DNA of 64,000 nucleotides from a bacterium (lineage in GTDB: Bacteria > Hinthialibacterota > Hinthialibacteria > Hinthialibacterales > Hinthialibacteraceae): positions 10,337-74,336 of the forward strand of contig JBHGBC010000023.1 in assembly GCA_041946805.1 (NCBI GenBank). Direction: 5' to 3'. The notes below the pieces were generated by a model, which did not search any database, was not told the origin of the DNA, and saw only the letters and a list, made by a program, of their open reading frames with translations. This document shows positions 50,626 to 60,127 of this stretch, piece by piece. The translations under genes and the position numbers were made by a program. Position 1 is the stretch's first letter, and each line of letters opens with the position of its first letter.

Positions 50626-50987
50626 CCACAACCGGGCGGGAGGGAAAATGTATTCCTTGGGATTCACAAGGGAGATTGAATGTTTATTCGATACTTGGAT
50701 ACCCGATGACGTAAAAGATGCCCTTCGCCCCGGGATGAAGGCGGGCGTCAGGGTCCGTCCTACAAAAATTCCCTCACCCTATCCCTCTCCCAGAGGGAGA
50801 GGGAATTCATTCCGTTTCCCGCAATCATCACCGGATTTACCTTCTGGATTATGCCCGTATTGTGCCGATGGCGCCCCAAAAACGACTTAAAGGTAATGAC
50901 GAAAAGATCGTACGAAATCCCGGCCGCACGTCAGAGAGGGATGCAGCGCCAACGAACGCAGTCTGGATGAGATGCCTTTTGAGTCCC

Positions 50988-51016
50988 TTGACCGTAGCCG
51001 GACCTGAAGCTATGCT
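50988..51016 (+). promoter_or_regulatory. Sigma70-type promoter of rplM-rpsI
   Basis: TTGACC-17 bp-TATGCT, ~48 bp upstream of rplM. Confidence 0.55.
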
Positions 51017-51063
51017 TATTAGCTCTGTCTGGAGAGTATCTTGTGTAATATACAGGAAAGCTT

Positions 51064-51501
51064 ATGAAAACGCACATTGCCACACCGGAAGACATCAAAG
51101 GCACGCATCAGTTTTACGTGATCGACGCCGAAGGGGTGATCCTGGGGCGGTTGGCCACCAAGGTGGCGACCTTGTTGATGGGCAAACACAAGCCGATCTA
51201 CACGCCGTTCCTGGATACCGGCGATCACGTGATCGTGGTCAACGCGGACAAAATCCGCTTGACCGGCGGCAAGTTGGACAAGAAGAAAGTGATCCACCAT
51301 ACCATGCATCCGGGGGGATTGCGGCAAAAAACCTTCCGGAAAGCCCTGGCGGATCACCCCCAGAAAGTTCTGCAAGATGCGATCTGGGGCATGTTGCCCA
51401 AAAATCATCTGGGACGCAAAATGCTGAAAAAATTGCGGGTGTACAGCGGTCCGGAACATCCCCACGCCGCCCATAAACCCATTCCGCTCACGATTGAATA
51501 A
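51064..51501 (+). CDS. rplM: 50S ribosomal protein L13
   Basis: [38 protein letters not shown] and HPHAA motifs. Confidence 0.97.
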   Translation: MKTHIATPEDIKGTHQFYVIDAEGVILGRLATKVATLLMGKHKPIYTPFLDTGDHVIVVNADKIRLTGGKLDKKKVIHHTMHPGGLRQKTFRKALADHPQKVLQDAIWGMLPKNHLGRKMLKKLRVYSGPEHPHAAHKPIPLTIE

Positions 51502-51521
51502 AGGAGGACCGTACCCCGGCC

Positions 51522-51917
51522 ATGGTTGAATCGTACATTTCTTACGGAACAGGCAGACGCAAGTGCTCGGTCGCGCGGGTGTATTTGAAAAACGGGACGG
51601 GCCAGATCATCATCAACGGACGCCCCTCGGAGCAATACCTGATGCGGAAAACCCTGCAGATGATCGTCATGCAGGCGTTTGATGTCACCGACACCAAGGG
51701 CAAGTTCGATATTTACGCCAATATATGCGGAGGCGGATTGAGCGGCCAGGCGGGCGCGTTGCGCCACGGCATCAGCCGCGCCCTCCTGAGTTTGGATTCC
51801 AAGTACCGCATGGCCTTGAAAAAAGCCGGATTTCTGACCCGCGATCCACGGATGGTCGAGCGGAAAAAATACGGCCGTCCCGGCGCGCGCAAGCGTTTCC
51901 AGTTCTCCAAGCGTTAA
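51522..51917 (+). CDS. rpsI: 30S ribosomal protein S9
   Basis: [32 protein letters not shown] and QFSKR motifs. Confidence 0.98.
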   Translation: MVESYISYGTGRRKCSVARVYLKNGTGQIIINGRPSEQYLMRKTLQMIVMQAFDVTDTKGKFDIYANICGGGLSGQAGALRHGISRALLSLDSKYRMALKKAGFLTRDPRMVERKKYGRPGARKRFQFSKR

Positions 51918-51957
51918 CCGGAGCGTGGTCTCGAGAAAGTTCAGTGTACTTTTCCCC

Positions 51958-51980
51958 AGGCGGCCGCGGCCGCCTTTTTC
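51958..51980 (+). terminator. Rho-independent terminator after rpsI
   Basis: AGGCGGCCGCGGCCGCCT palindrome followed by a T-run. Confidence 0.7.
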
Positions 51981-52306
51981 TCTTTCACTCCTTTTCTTGA
52001 AATATTCATGTATCTCCCCAACCCCGCCATACACTAAAATCATCTTGCCTGATACACTCCTACTGGCCTGAAAACGGCGGGCGCGGGTGTGGATTGGGCC
52101 GTTTGCGGAATCACAAATCCAGCCGGAGTGGACGCCGCCGGATCCGCGGGAAACGGGGAACGGGGGCCGGGTGTGCCTGTCCGTCCCGAGGGGGTGACTT
52201 TTATTCGGATTCCGGGGAATAGATCCCGTTTTCTTGGCGGCGATAATCGAGGATAATGATTTCAAAACCAATGGTTTGTTTAGCGCCCGCATTCTGGAGC
52301 CGTGAG

Positions 52307-52903
52307 ATGATTGAAACCCAGTATGAGAAGTACGCGTTCACGTTGATCGAACTGCTGATCGTGGTCGCCATCATTGGCATTCTGGCGGCCATCGCCGTAC
52401 CCAATTTCCTTAACGCCCAGATGCGGGCCAAGATCGCCAAGGCCGAATCCGACATGCGCAACCTCGACACCGCCCTGGCCAGTTACCGGTTGGACAACAA
52501 TCTCTATCCCCAATGGGCCACTCCGCAGGGAACCAACAAAAATCCCGTCAACCGGCGCTTGATCCCGCTCACCACGCCGGTCGCCTACATGTCTTCCGTT
52601 CCCCAGGATCCCTTCATCTACGGCCCTCCGGGCACGCGGATCGACAACGTCCAGGACCCCGCCTATGTCACCTATGATTACGTGGACGCGTGGACCACGG
52701 TGCACTACCAGGGCGCCACAACCCTGGGCAACTCGTTCCGTTGCGCGGAATGGCGGATCGCCAGCGCCGGCCCGGACGGCACCATGACCTACGGCTCGGT
52801 CTATTCGTTCAGCGCCAGCAACGGCCTGCACAGCTGGGGGGACCTGGTCCGGACCGGCCCCCGGGCCTCGTATCCGTGCGACGATTCCCTGATCGGCAAA
52901 TAA
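52307..52903 (+). CDS. Prepilin-type N-terminal domain protein (GspG-like), paralogue 2
   Basis: YA|FTLIELLIVVAIIGILAAIAVPNFLNAQ, YRLDNNLYP, LTTPVAY and SAGPDG motifs. Confidence 0.85.
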   Translation: MIETQYEKYAFTLIELLIVVAIIGILAAIAVPNFLNAQMRAKIAKAESDMRNLDTALASYRLDNNLYPQWATPQGTNKNPVNRRLIPLTTPVAYMSSVPQDPFIYGPPGTRIDNVQDPAYVTYDYVDAWTTVHYQGATTLGNSFRCAEWRIASAGPDGTMTYGSVYSFSASNGLHSWGDLVRTGPRASYPCDDSLIGK

Positions 52904-53022
52904 GGGATTTGCCCGGCTGGTAGACAAAACAGGATTTCATCTTGTAATATCTTGCCTGTCATGGACCGGCAGATGAGGAGAATCAACACTTCCATTCTTA
53001 TCATCTGGGATTGGAGCCACGA

Positions 53023-53562
53023 ATGAACAAGTCACGCGCTTTCACATTGATCGAACTCTTGATTGTTGTGGCTATCATTGGAATTTTGGCGGCGATCGCC
53101 GTGCCCAATTTTCTCAACGCCCAAACCCGGGCCAAGATCGCCCGCGTCTACGCGGATATCAAAGCCCAGGGGACCGCGCTGGAACAATACCGGTTGGACA
53201 ATAACAATTATCCCCCCAGCAACGTGAACGCGCCCCGCCTGCGCTTGCTGACGACTCCCATGGCCTATATCGCCACCCTGCCGAAGGACATCTTCAGCAA
53301 TACCTTGGATCCCGCCCAGATGTCGTCTTTTGGCTATTTCCACTACGTCGAGAAAAAGTCGGAAGACGCCTGGTTCCGCTCCGACTGGCATTCCTGGCAC
53401 AGCGATTTGCAGACTTCCGCCAACGCCAATCTAAACGTTCCCGGCGGCCTGGCATGGCATATCCGCTCCGTGGGACCGGACAAGGAACTGGATTACGGAT
53501 ACCCCTACGATATGTCCAACGGGTTGATCAGCAACGGGGATATCGATGTGTGGGGTCCTTGA
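53023..53562 (+). CDS. Prepilin-type N-terminal domain protein (GspG-like), paralogue 3
   Basis: RA|FTLIELLIVVAIIGILAAIAVPNFLNAQ, YRLDNNNYP, SVGPD and SNGLISNGDI motifs. Confidence 0.85.
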   Translation: MNKSRAFTLIELLIVVAIIGILAAIAVPNFLNAQTRAKIARVYADIKAQGTALEQYRLDNNNYPPSNVNAPRLRLLTTPMAYIATLPKDIFSNTLDPAQMSSFGYFHYVEKKSEDAWFRSDWHSWHSDLQTSANANLNVPGGLAWHIRSVGPDKELDYGYPYDMSNGLISNGDIDVWGP

Positions 53563-53681
53563 GACGGACGCCCAACCGGTTCGTTTTCATCGAATCAGTC
53601 TTTGGCATACCCAATCGGTTAAACGGCCGGCTTTCCCGAGCGGCCGTTTTCGTTATCCCACCCCTGCCCCGAGGTGTTTCC

Positions 53682-55070
53682 ATGAATCCTCTTTACAAAC
53701 CATGGTTTTTAATCCTCCTCCTGCTTGCCGGGGGAATGAACACGCCCGCCGCCGAACCGGACCGCATGGCGGTGCTGATCAGCGTGGACGGATTGGCCTC
53801 CTATTACCTGGAAGATCCCCTGGCCGGCCTGCCCACGCTCCAGCGGCTGGCGCGGGAGGGGGCTTCGGCCTCGCGCATGGAGGTCTGCTTCCCCAGCGTC
53901 ACCTGGACCAGCCATACCACGCTGGTCACGGGGACCTATCCCCGCAAACACGGCCTGATCTCCAACACCGTCCTGGACCGGAAAACGCTGAAGCCGATCC
54001 GCTATGTCGGCGATCCCGTCTTCACCAAGGACGAGGCGGTCAAGGCCCAAACCCTGTACGACGCCGCGCACGAGGCCGGACTCAAAACCGCCGCGGTGAT
54101 CTGGCCGGCGGTGCGGGGCGCTAAAACCCTGGATTGGCTGACACCCGACGTGAACAGCGAGGAGTTGATCCTGCGGGAGACCACGCCCGAGATCAACCGG
54201 GACCTGGGCGCGCCCTTTGGCAATCCCGTGGCCACCTTCGCGAAATGGCGCTGGGGAGTGGAACCGGGCCCCATGCGGGATTGGAAATATAGCGAACTGG
54301 CGGCATACCTGCTTACCCAAAAACGGCCCAATCTGTTGCTGTTGCACCTGGTCTGCCCCGATGCCTACAACCACGAATACGGTCCCCAATCGCCGGAAGC
54401 GTATTGGTCCATCAACTACATCGATTCCCGGTTGAACTATCTGGTGGAGCAAGTCAGGCAGGCTGGATTGATCGATCGAACCGCGTTTTTCGTGGTCTCC
54501 GACCATGGCTTCGAATCCGTCACGCACCATATCCTGCCCAACGTGGCCTTGCGGAAAGCCGGCCTGGCGAAATTCGAGGATTCGGGTCTGATGCCCGGCG
54601 GCGGCGCGTACGCCCTCTCCAACGGGGGATCCGCCGCGGTGTACATATTGGATACAAAGAACAAAGAGGAAGTGACAAGGCGCGTCCGGGAAGTCCTTGC
54701 CCGTACGGAAGGCATACAACAAATCCTGGGACCGGAGGATTATCACCAGTTGGGATTGCCCACGCCGGAAGAGAATCCCGAACAAGGCGATTTAATGCTG
54801 ATCCCCCAGGAGCATTACGCCTTTTCCGATACGTTCAGCGGAGAGGACGTAGTGAAAAAGGACGCCGCGGTCTCGGGGACGCACGGATATTTGCCCACCC
54901 ATCCCCGCATGGGAGCGGTTTTCGTGGCCTGGGGAAACGGTATTCGTCCGGGAGTGGAGCTGGGGACCATCCAATCGGTGGATGTGGCTCCCACGGCCGC
55001 GCGGTATCTCGGGATTACCATGAAGAAGACCGACGGACGGGTGATCGGGGAGATCCTGGAAGAGAAATGA
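53682..55070 (+). CDS. Secreted nucleotide pyrophosphatase/phosphodiesterase (alkaline phosphatase superfamily)
   Basis: Signal peptide; ISVDG, FPSVTWTSH (catalytic Thr), VSDHGF and GTHGY motifs. Confidence 0.85.
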   Translation: MNPLYKPWFLILLLLAGGMNTPAAEPDRMAVLISVDGLASYYLEDPLAGLPTLQRLAREGASASRMEVCFPSVTWTSHTTLVTGTYPRKHGLISNTVLDRKTLKPIRYVGDPVFTKDEAVKAQTLYDAAHEAGLKTAAVIWPAVRGAKTLDWLTPDVNSEELILRETTPEINRDLGAPFGNPVATFAKWRWGVEPGPMRDWKYSELAAYLLTQKRPNLLLLHLVCPDAYNHEYGPQSPEAYWSINYIDSRLNYLVEQVRQAGLIDRTAFFVVSDHGFESVTHHILPNVALRKAGLAKFEDSGLMPGGGAYALSNGGSAAVYILDTKNKEEVTRRVREVLARTEGIQQILGPEDYHQLGLPTPEENPEQGDLMLIPQEHYAFSDTFSGEDVVKKDAAVSGTHGYLPTHPRMGAVFVAWGNGIRPGVELGTIQSVDVAPTAARYLGITMKKTDGRVIGEILEEK

Positions 55071-55077
55071 ATTTCCC

Positions 55078-56376
55078 TTACCGTTTCATCACCACGGGCC
55101 GCGCGTCATCTTGAACCTTGCCGCTGATGCAGCGGACCGTGTCGCGCGCGTACACTAATTCTTCGTTGGTGGGAATCGCCCAGACGCCCACGTTGGCCTC
55201 CTCGCGGGAGATCTTCCCTTCCCTTCCCGCGCAGGCCTCGTTTTTCTCGTCATCGATCTCGATACCCATGAATTTGAGGCCTTCGCAGGATTGTCTGCGG
55301 ATGAGGGGAGAATTTTCCCCGATGCCGCCCGTGAACACCACGTGATCCACGCCGCCCATGCTGGCGGCATAGGAAGCGATGTATTTGCGCAGGCGGTAGC
55401 AGAACATGTCGATCGCCAGTTTGGCGCGGTCGTTGCCTTCCTCGGCCGCCTTCTGGATTTCCCGCATGTCACTCGACACGCCCGAAATCCCCAAGAGGCC
55501 GGAATGCTTGTTCATCAGGTTGTTGGCCTCGCCGAGGGTCAATTCTTCCTTGGCGATCAGGGTCAGGATGATGGAGGGATCGAGGTCGCCCGTGCGGGTC
55601 CCCATCAGCAAACCTTCCAGCGGGGTGAATCCCATGGACGTGTCGATGGATTTGCCGTGGTCGACGGCGGCGCAGCTGCAGCCGTTGCCCAGGTGGCAGG
55701 TGATGACCTTCATATAATCGCGATGGGTGCCGCAAAGTTGCCCCAGGCGGTAGGAGACATACCGGTGCGAAACGCCGTGGAATCCATACCGCCGGATGCC
55801 GTATTTCTGATAAATCTGGTAGGGCAGGCCGTACAGGAACGCCCGCCGCGGCATGCTCTGATGAAACGCGGTGTCGAAAATGGCCACGTGGGGGCAGTGG
55901 GGCAGCAGGTCCTTGCAGGCGTAATAGCCCCGGAGGTTATGGGGATTGTGCAGCGGCGCGAATTCCACGCAGGCGGTGATGCTCTTCAATACTTCCTGTT
56001 CGATCACCACCGATTCCTGAAACCGCTCTCCCCCGTGCACCACCCGGTGGCCCACGGCGGCGATTTCGTCCGGGCTCGAGACCACGCCTTTCTTGGGATC
56101 GGTCAACGCTTTCAGCGCGCAGGTGATTGCCTCGCCGTGGTCCTGGATTTCCACGGGGGTCTTTTCCTCCGGAGGGAGTTCATCCTTCTTTTCGGCCAGG
56201 AAGAGGGGATTCTTGTTCACCACCTGGTAGCGCAGAATCGACGGGGACAAGCCGATTTTTTCGACCAGGCCGCGCGCCAGGACTATTTCATCTTCCTTGT
56301 TGATACGCTCCAGATCGGTCTCGATCAGCTGAAATTTCACGGAGGAACTGCCACAGTTGAGCACGAAGACTTTCAT
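55078..56376 (-). CDS. ackA: Acetate kinase
   Basis: VLNCGSSSVKFQ, GHRVVHGG, APLHNP, RYGFHG, HLGNG, DTSMGFTPLEG and TNEE motifs. Confidence 0.96.
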   Translation of the reverse strand: MKVFVLNCGSSSVKFQLIETDLERINKEDEIVLARGLVEKIGLSPSILRYQVVNKNPLFLAEKKDELPPEEKTPVEIQDHGEAITCALKALTDPKKGVVSSPDEIAAVGHRVVHGGERFQESVVIEQEVLKSITACVEFAPLHNPHNLRGYYACKDLLPHCPHVAIFDTAFHQSMPRRAFLYGLPYQIYQKYGIRRYGFHGVSHRYVSYRLGQLCGTHRDYMKVITCHLGNGCSCAAVDHGKSIDTSMGFTPLEGLLMGTRTGDLDPSIILTLIAKEELTLGEANNLMNKHSGLLGISGVSSDMREIQKAAEEGNDRAKLAIDMFCYRLRKYIASYAASMGGVDHVVFTGGIGENSPLIRRQSCEGLKFMGIEIDDEKNEACAGREGKISREEANVGVWAIPTNEELVYARDTVRCISGKVQDDARPVVMKR

Positions 56377-56434
56377 GTTGGATAATCCCTTTCGATGATC
56401 GGGGGGGTGATCCACCCCGGGAAGGCCGCCGCGT

Positions 56435-57457
56435 TCAGGAGCGGCGGGCCTTGGCCGCCTGGGCTTCCACGCTGGTGATGGCGATGGTGTTGAAAATATC
56501 CCGGGCGTTGCATCCGCGGGACAAATCATTGACAGGCAAGGCCAGACCTTGCAAGAGCGGTCCATACGCCTCGGCCTTGGCCAACCGCTCGGTGAGCTTG
56601 TAGGCGATGTTCCCCGCGTTCAGATCGGGGAAAATCAGCGTGTTGGCCTTGCCCGCGACCGGGCTGCCGGGAGCCTTGCGCTGGCCGATGGATTCGATCA
56701 GGGCCGCGTCCCCTTGCAGTTCGCCATCCACCTTGAGGTCCGGTTTCTTCTTTTTCACAATTTCCGTGGCTTTTTTGACCTTGTCGACCAAGGGATGGCT
56801 GGCGCTGCCGTAGGTGGAGAAGGACAACATGGCGACGATCGGCTCCACGCCCACCAGCGCCTCCATGGATTGGGCGGTGGCGATGGCGATATCCGCCAAT
56901 TGTTCTTCGTTGGGATCCGGCACCACGCCCGCGTCGCCATACATCAACACGCCGCCGGCCCCATAGGGACAATCGGGGACGATCATCAGGAAGCAGGAGG
57001 ATACCGTCTTGATCCCCTCTTGCGCGCCGATCATGTGGAGGGAGGCGCGGATCACGTTGGGGGTGGAATTGACCGCGCCGGCGACCATCCCGTCCAGTTC
57101 CCCCTTGTGGACCATCATCGCCCCGAAAAACAGGGGATCTTTCATGGTTTCGCGCGCCTGCTCGAGGGTCAAGCCTTTGCTTTTCCGCTTCTCCGCGTAT
57201 TCCGCGATCCATTCCTCCCGGCGGGGATGGGCCCCATGATCCATGACCTGGATGCCATGCAGGGCGATGTTCTGGGCCTGGGCCGCTTTTTCGATCGCGG
57301 CCGGATCACCCAGTAAAACGATGGATGCGGTTTTTTCATCCACCGCCCGGCGGGCCGCTTCCAGCATGCGGGGATCCGTGGCTTCGGGCAATACGATGCG
57401 TTGACGGTCGGCTTTTGCCTTGTTGAGAATGCGTTCGAGAGGATGCATGATGCTCAT
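56435..57457 (-). CDS. pta: Phosphate acetyltransferase (short form)
   Basis: IVLPE, LSFST.GSA, DGELQ.DAA, FPDLNAGNIAYK and VNDLSRGC motifs. Confidence 0.95.
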   Translation of the reverse strand: MSIMHPLERILNKAKADRQRIVLPEATDPRMLEAARRAVDEKTASIVLLGDPAAIEKAAQAQNIALHGIQVMDHGAHPRREEWIAEYAEKRKSKGLTLEQARETMKDPLFFGAMMVHKGELDGMVAGAVNSTPNVIRASLHMIGAQEGIKTVSSCFLMIVPDCPYGAGGVLMYGDAGVVPDPNEEQLADIAIATAQSMEALVGVEPIVAMLSFSTYGSASHPLVDKVKKATEIVKKKKPDLKVDGELQGDAALIESIGQRKAPGSPVAGKANTLIFPDLNAGNIAYKLTERLAKAEAYGPLLQGLALPVNDLSRGCNARDIFNTIAITSVEAQAAKARRS

Positions 57458-57753
57458 GGCCTCTTTTCCGTGGTTTTTTCTTTATGCTTACGAATCTGAG
57501 TCTCGATTTTAGCCACCGCCTTGTCGATGCAATCCCGGACCTTGTCGCCTTCTTCCCGGGCGTGCATGACCTTGTGCCAGGCGTGCAGGGTGATGTCCAC
57601 CACTTGGGGCCCGTCCTCTTCCCGTTCCAGCACCACATGGACCGAGCCATCCCCATGGACATATTTATCCAACTTGGAAGTTCGTTTTTGTATATAATCG
57701 TGGAGGAAATCGGACAACGCGTGATTGCGGCTGGTAATGTTCAGTTCCATCAT
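57454..57753 (-). CDS. hpf: Ribosome hibernation promoting factor (short HPF/RaiA)
   Basis: MELNITSRN..LSD.L.DY...KLDKY and IDKAVAKIETQIRKHKEK motifs; ATGA overlap with pta. Confidence 0.85.
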   Translation of the reverse strand: MMELNITSRNHALSDFLHDYIQKRTSKLDKYVHGDGSVHVVLEREEDGPQVVDITLHAWHKVMHAREEGDKVRDCIDKAVAKIETQIRKHKEKTTEKRP

Positions 57754-57863
57754 TCTCTCCTTCCCGCATTCTGGATCAACAATTTCACGCCTTCCGCGGC
57801 ACACGATCCTCCCGTCTCGCAACGCGCGTGGTCATCTTCCCGCATCCGGCCACGGCCTCCCGG

Positions 57864-59060
57864 TCAATACACGCTCCATTCCCGGACCCGCGTATCCACC
57901 TCCTCGTTGGAGACGAGATCGATCCCCGACACGATTTCTCCTTTCCCGACCGTCAGTTGTATCCGGTCCTCCGGATCGTCCCGGTTGATAAATCCGGATT
58001 CCCGTTCCCCATTATAATATTCCCACTTTACGGGATTGTTGAAGGAGGGTGCGGTCTCCGAAGATGAAAAAGGTCCCACGCCGGCGGTCCCCTTGAACAT
58101 GGGCTTGATGGGCTCCATGTAGATTTCATACTGTCCGGGAGTCAGGCCGTATAAACGGAACTCGCCGGTTTGGTTGATCTCCAGGTCGGAAACGGTGGCA
58201 TAGATGGACACCAGCGGTTCATTGACATTCACCGCCACGACGTTGGCGCCCTGCACGGGATCACCCCAGGGGCGTTGCACCGTCCCCGTGATCCCGCCCC
58301 CTTCTTGCATGAAATCCAGCCGGGGATACAGGGCGGAAAGGGTGGACATGTCGTCCTGGTTGAGGGAGTTGGAGGAAATCTGATCGACCGGCTCGACGGG
58401 AAACATGACGGGAATGAAAAGGTTGTTGCCCCGGTCGGAATCGAACGCATATTCGGTCAACAATTGGGTGTGTCCCAATCCGCATATATGACCGATTTCA
58501 TGCAATAAGGTGGCGTAGAGCCGTTGGGCTTCCAGGGACCGGCCATGCAGGCCCTTGCCGTTGATGATGATCTCGGCCTCCTGGATGGTGCCATTGGTCA
58601 GGTAATACGGAGTCGCCAGTCCCAGCAGATAATCGGACGCGCCTTCGCCGCTCAGCAGGTCGATCAAACGGCCGCTTGTATCAAATAGCACCGGATTGAC
58701 GCCATCATCGGGGATTCCGACGTAAGCCATGGCCCCGTCCAGCGTGCCGTCCGTATCCAACAAACCGCCCCACTTCCATTGCAAGGCCGACGTGGGGATC
58801 TGGTTCCAAGCCGTGAAAGCCTTGATGACCATTTGTTGAATGAATTTTTCCGAATACGGACCCAACGCGCCCCGGTCCAGGTGATAGGTCAGTTCCATCG
58901 TCGGCCACCGCAGGACGGCGCCGGAGGGCAAGACGATGGGATTTCCACTCCAGGCCGAGAGCGTTGGGATCAAAAGAAATACAAAAAAAGGAATCCCCAG
59001 CCAGGTTCGCAACCGGACCGGCCACGAAACCCGCCGTGATCGCAATGTTGAACATTCCAT
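57864..59060 (-). CDS. Secreted metzincin (matrixin-like) metalloprotease with a C-terminal carboxypeptidase-regulatory-like domain
   Basis: Signal peptide; HEIGHICGLGH zinc motif, Met-turn PVMFP, GITGTV..GANVVA..G.F...GLTPGQY; ends VREWSVY. Confidence 0.82.
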   Translation of the reverse strand: MECSTLRSRRVSWPVRLRTWLGIPFFVFLLIPTLSAWSGNPIVLPSGAVLRWPTMELTYHLDRGALGPYSEKFIQQMVIKAFTAWNQIPTSALQWKWGGLLDTDGTLDGAMAYVGIPDDGVNPVLFDTSGRLIDLLSGEGASDYLLGLATPYYLTNGTIQEAEIIINGKGLHGRSLEAQRLYATLLHEIGHICGLGHTQLLTEYAFDSDRGNNLFIPVMFPVEPVDQISSNSLNQDDMSTLSALYPRLDFMQEGGGITGTVQRPWGDPVQGANVVAVNVNEPLVSIYATVSDLEINQTGEFRLYGLTPGQYEIYMEPIKPMFKGTAGVGPFSSSETAPSFNNPVKWEYYNGERESGFINRDDPEDRIQLTVGKGEIVSGIDLVSNEEVDTRVREWSVY

Positions 59061-59815
59061 TGTTCAAGAACAACCAATCGAAGATCCGGGGTTCAGCGCC
59101 CCCGTATACACTATCATGCTTTGAGCCGGATGAAAGGCGAAGGTTTACCCAGTCCGGTGATTTTCATGCATCATTCGTTCCGCGGCGCCCGGACTGTATA
59201 TGCAAATGTCCATCCATCCCCTAAAAAATTCCACCTGATTCCAGCGGCCCGAAGTCAGGGATCCTCACCCCAATCATCCCCGCGGATCATCCAGCCGGGA
59301 CCGCGCGTTGCAGGGATTTGAACGTGGCGCGCGGCCGGGTTAGCGTCCTCTTCCCTGTTCGGATTGGCGATTCTAGAAGGGAGGTTCTGGCTGGAAGTTT
59401 CGAAAAACCGTTCATGTGGATAGAATCCATGCGCGGCGGCGCCCGGTTCATAAGCCACGGACCAGGAAACTGCTTGTTGAACCTCAAATGATCATGTGCC
59501 AGGTGATTCGGGGCGGAGCGAGATGATTACACCCATCGGATCGAAACCAAGCGCCATATAGTTCGTTGAATTTATTTTATTTATGCCTAATGATCTCAGA
59601 TTCACGTGGAAAGAAAACTCCGATTTTTTGGAGACACTTACTCAGGAAAAATCCAGCAATGACGATCATTGTAAAAACTGAAAACGCACAACGAAAATTG
59701 CGACCGTGATAGATGGTTTTTCAAAATGATTCGATAAATTGATTAGTATTTATATAAATTTAGTTAACTTCAATTGGCTGAAGATATTTTATCGAACAGA
59801 TTTCCGTATTCTATA

Positions 59816-59844
59816 TTGACAAGCCGTTAAAAATATTTTATGTT
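59816..59844 (+). promoter_or_regulatory. Sigma70-type promoter upstream of the LysM/M23 gene
   Basis: TTGACA-17 bp-TATGTT within an AT-rich region. Confidence 0.5.
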
Positions 59845-60127
59845 ACTCCGTCTTTAATCTGGATACTGTTGCGATGGAACAAATACTGGGAATGAATCGC
59901 GCTTGACAATTTGTTTGATGGAAACAGGTTGAGAGGTCCGAGTGGATTCCCGTTCTCACGCGGGGAAGCGGTAGACCGGGCGGAATGCTCCAACCTGGCG
60001 GCATGACTGGAATTTCCAGAGATTCCAGCAGGCCATGTTGTTTTTTCCTTTGGAAGAGATCCTTCCATGAAACCGGGATGATTCGTTGGTGGGAAAGGAT
60101 CCATCTACCCCAAGGAGAGAAACCCGC

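Noticed and set aside
2198..55070. A joint ADP-ribose pathway (NUDIX, ARH-like, ENPP-like)
   Set aside because: The three genes are tens of kb apart and in different predicted compartments; nothing links them.
59121..59530. Possible 6S RNA or other ncRNA in the long intergenic region
   Set aside because: I could not build a convincing rod structure with a central bubble by eye; a covariance-model search would be needed.
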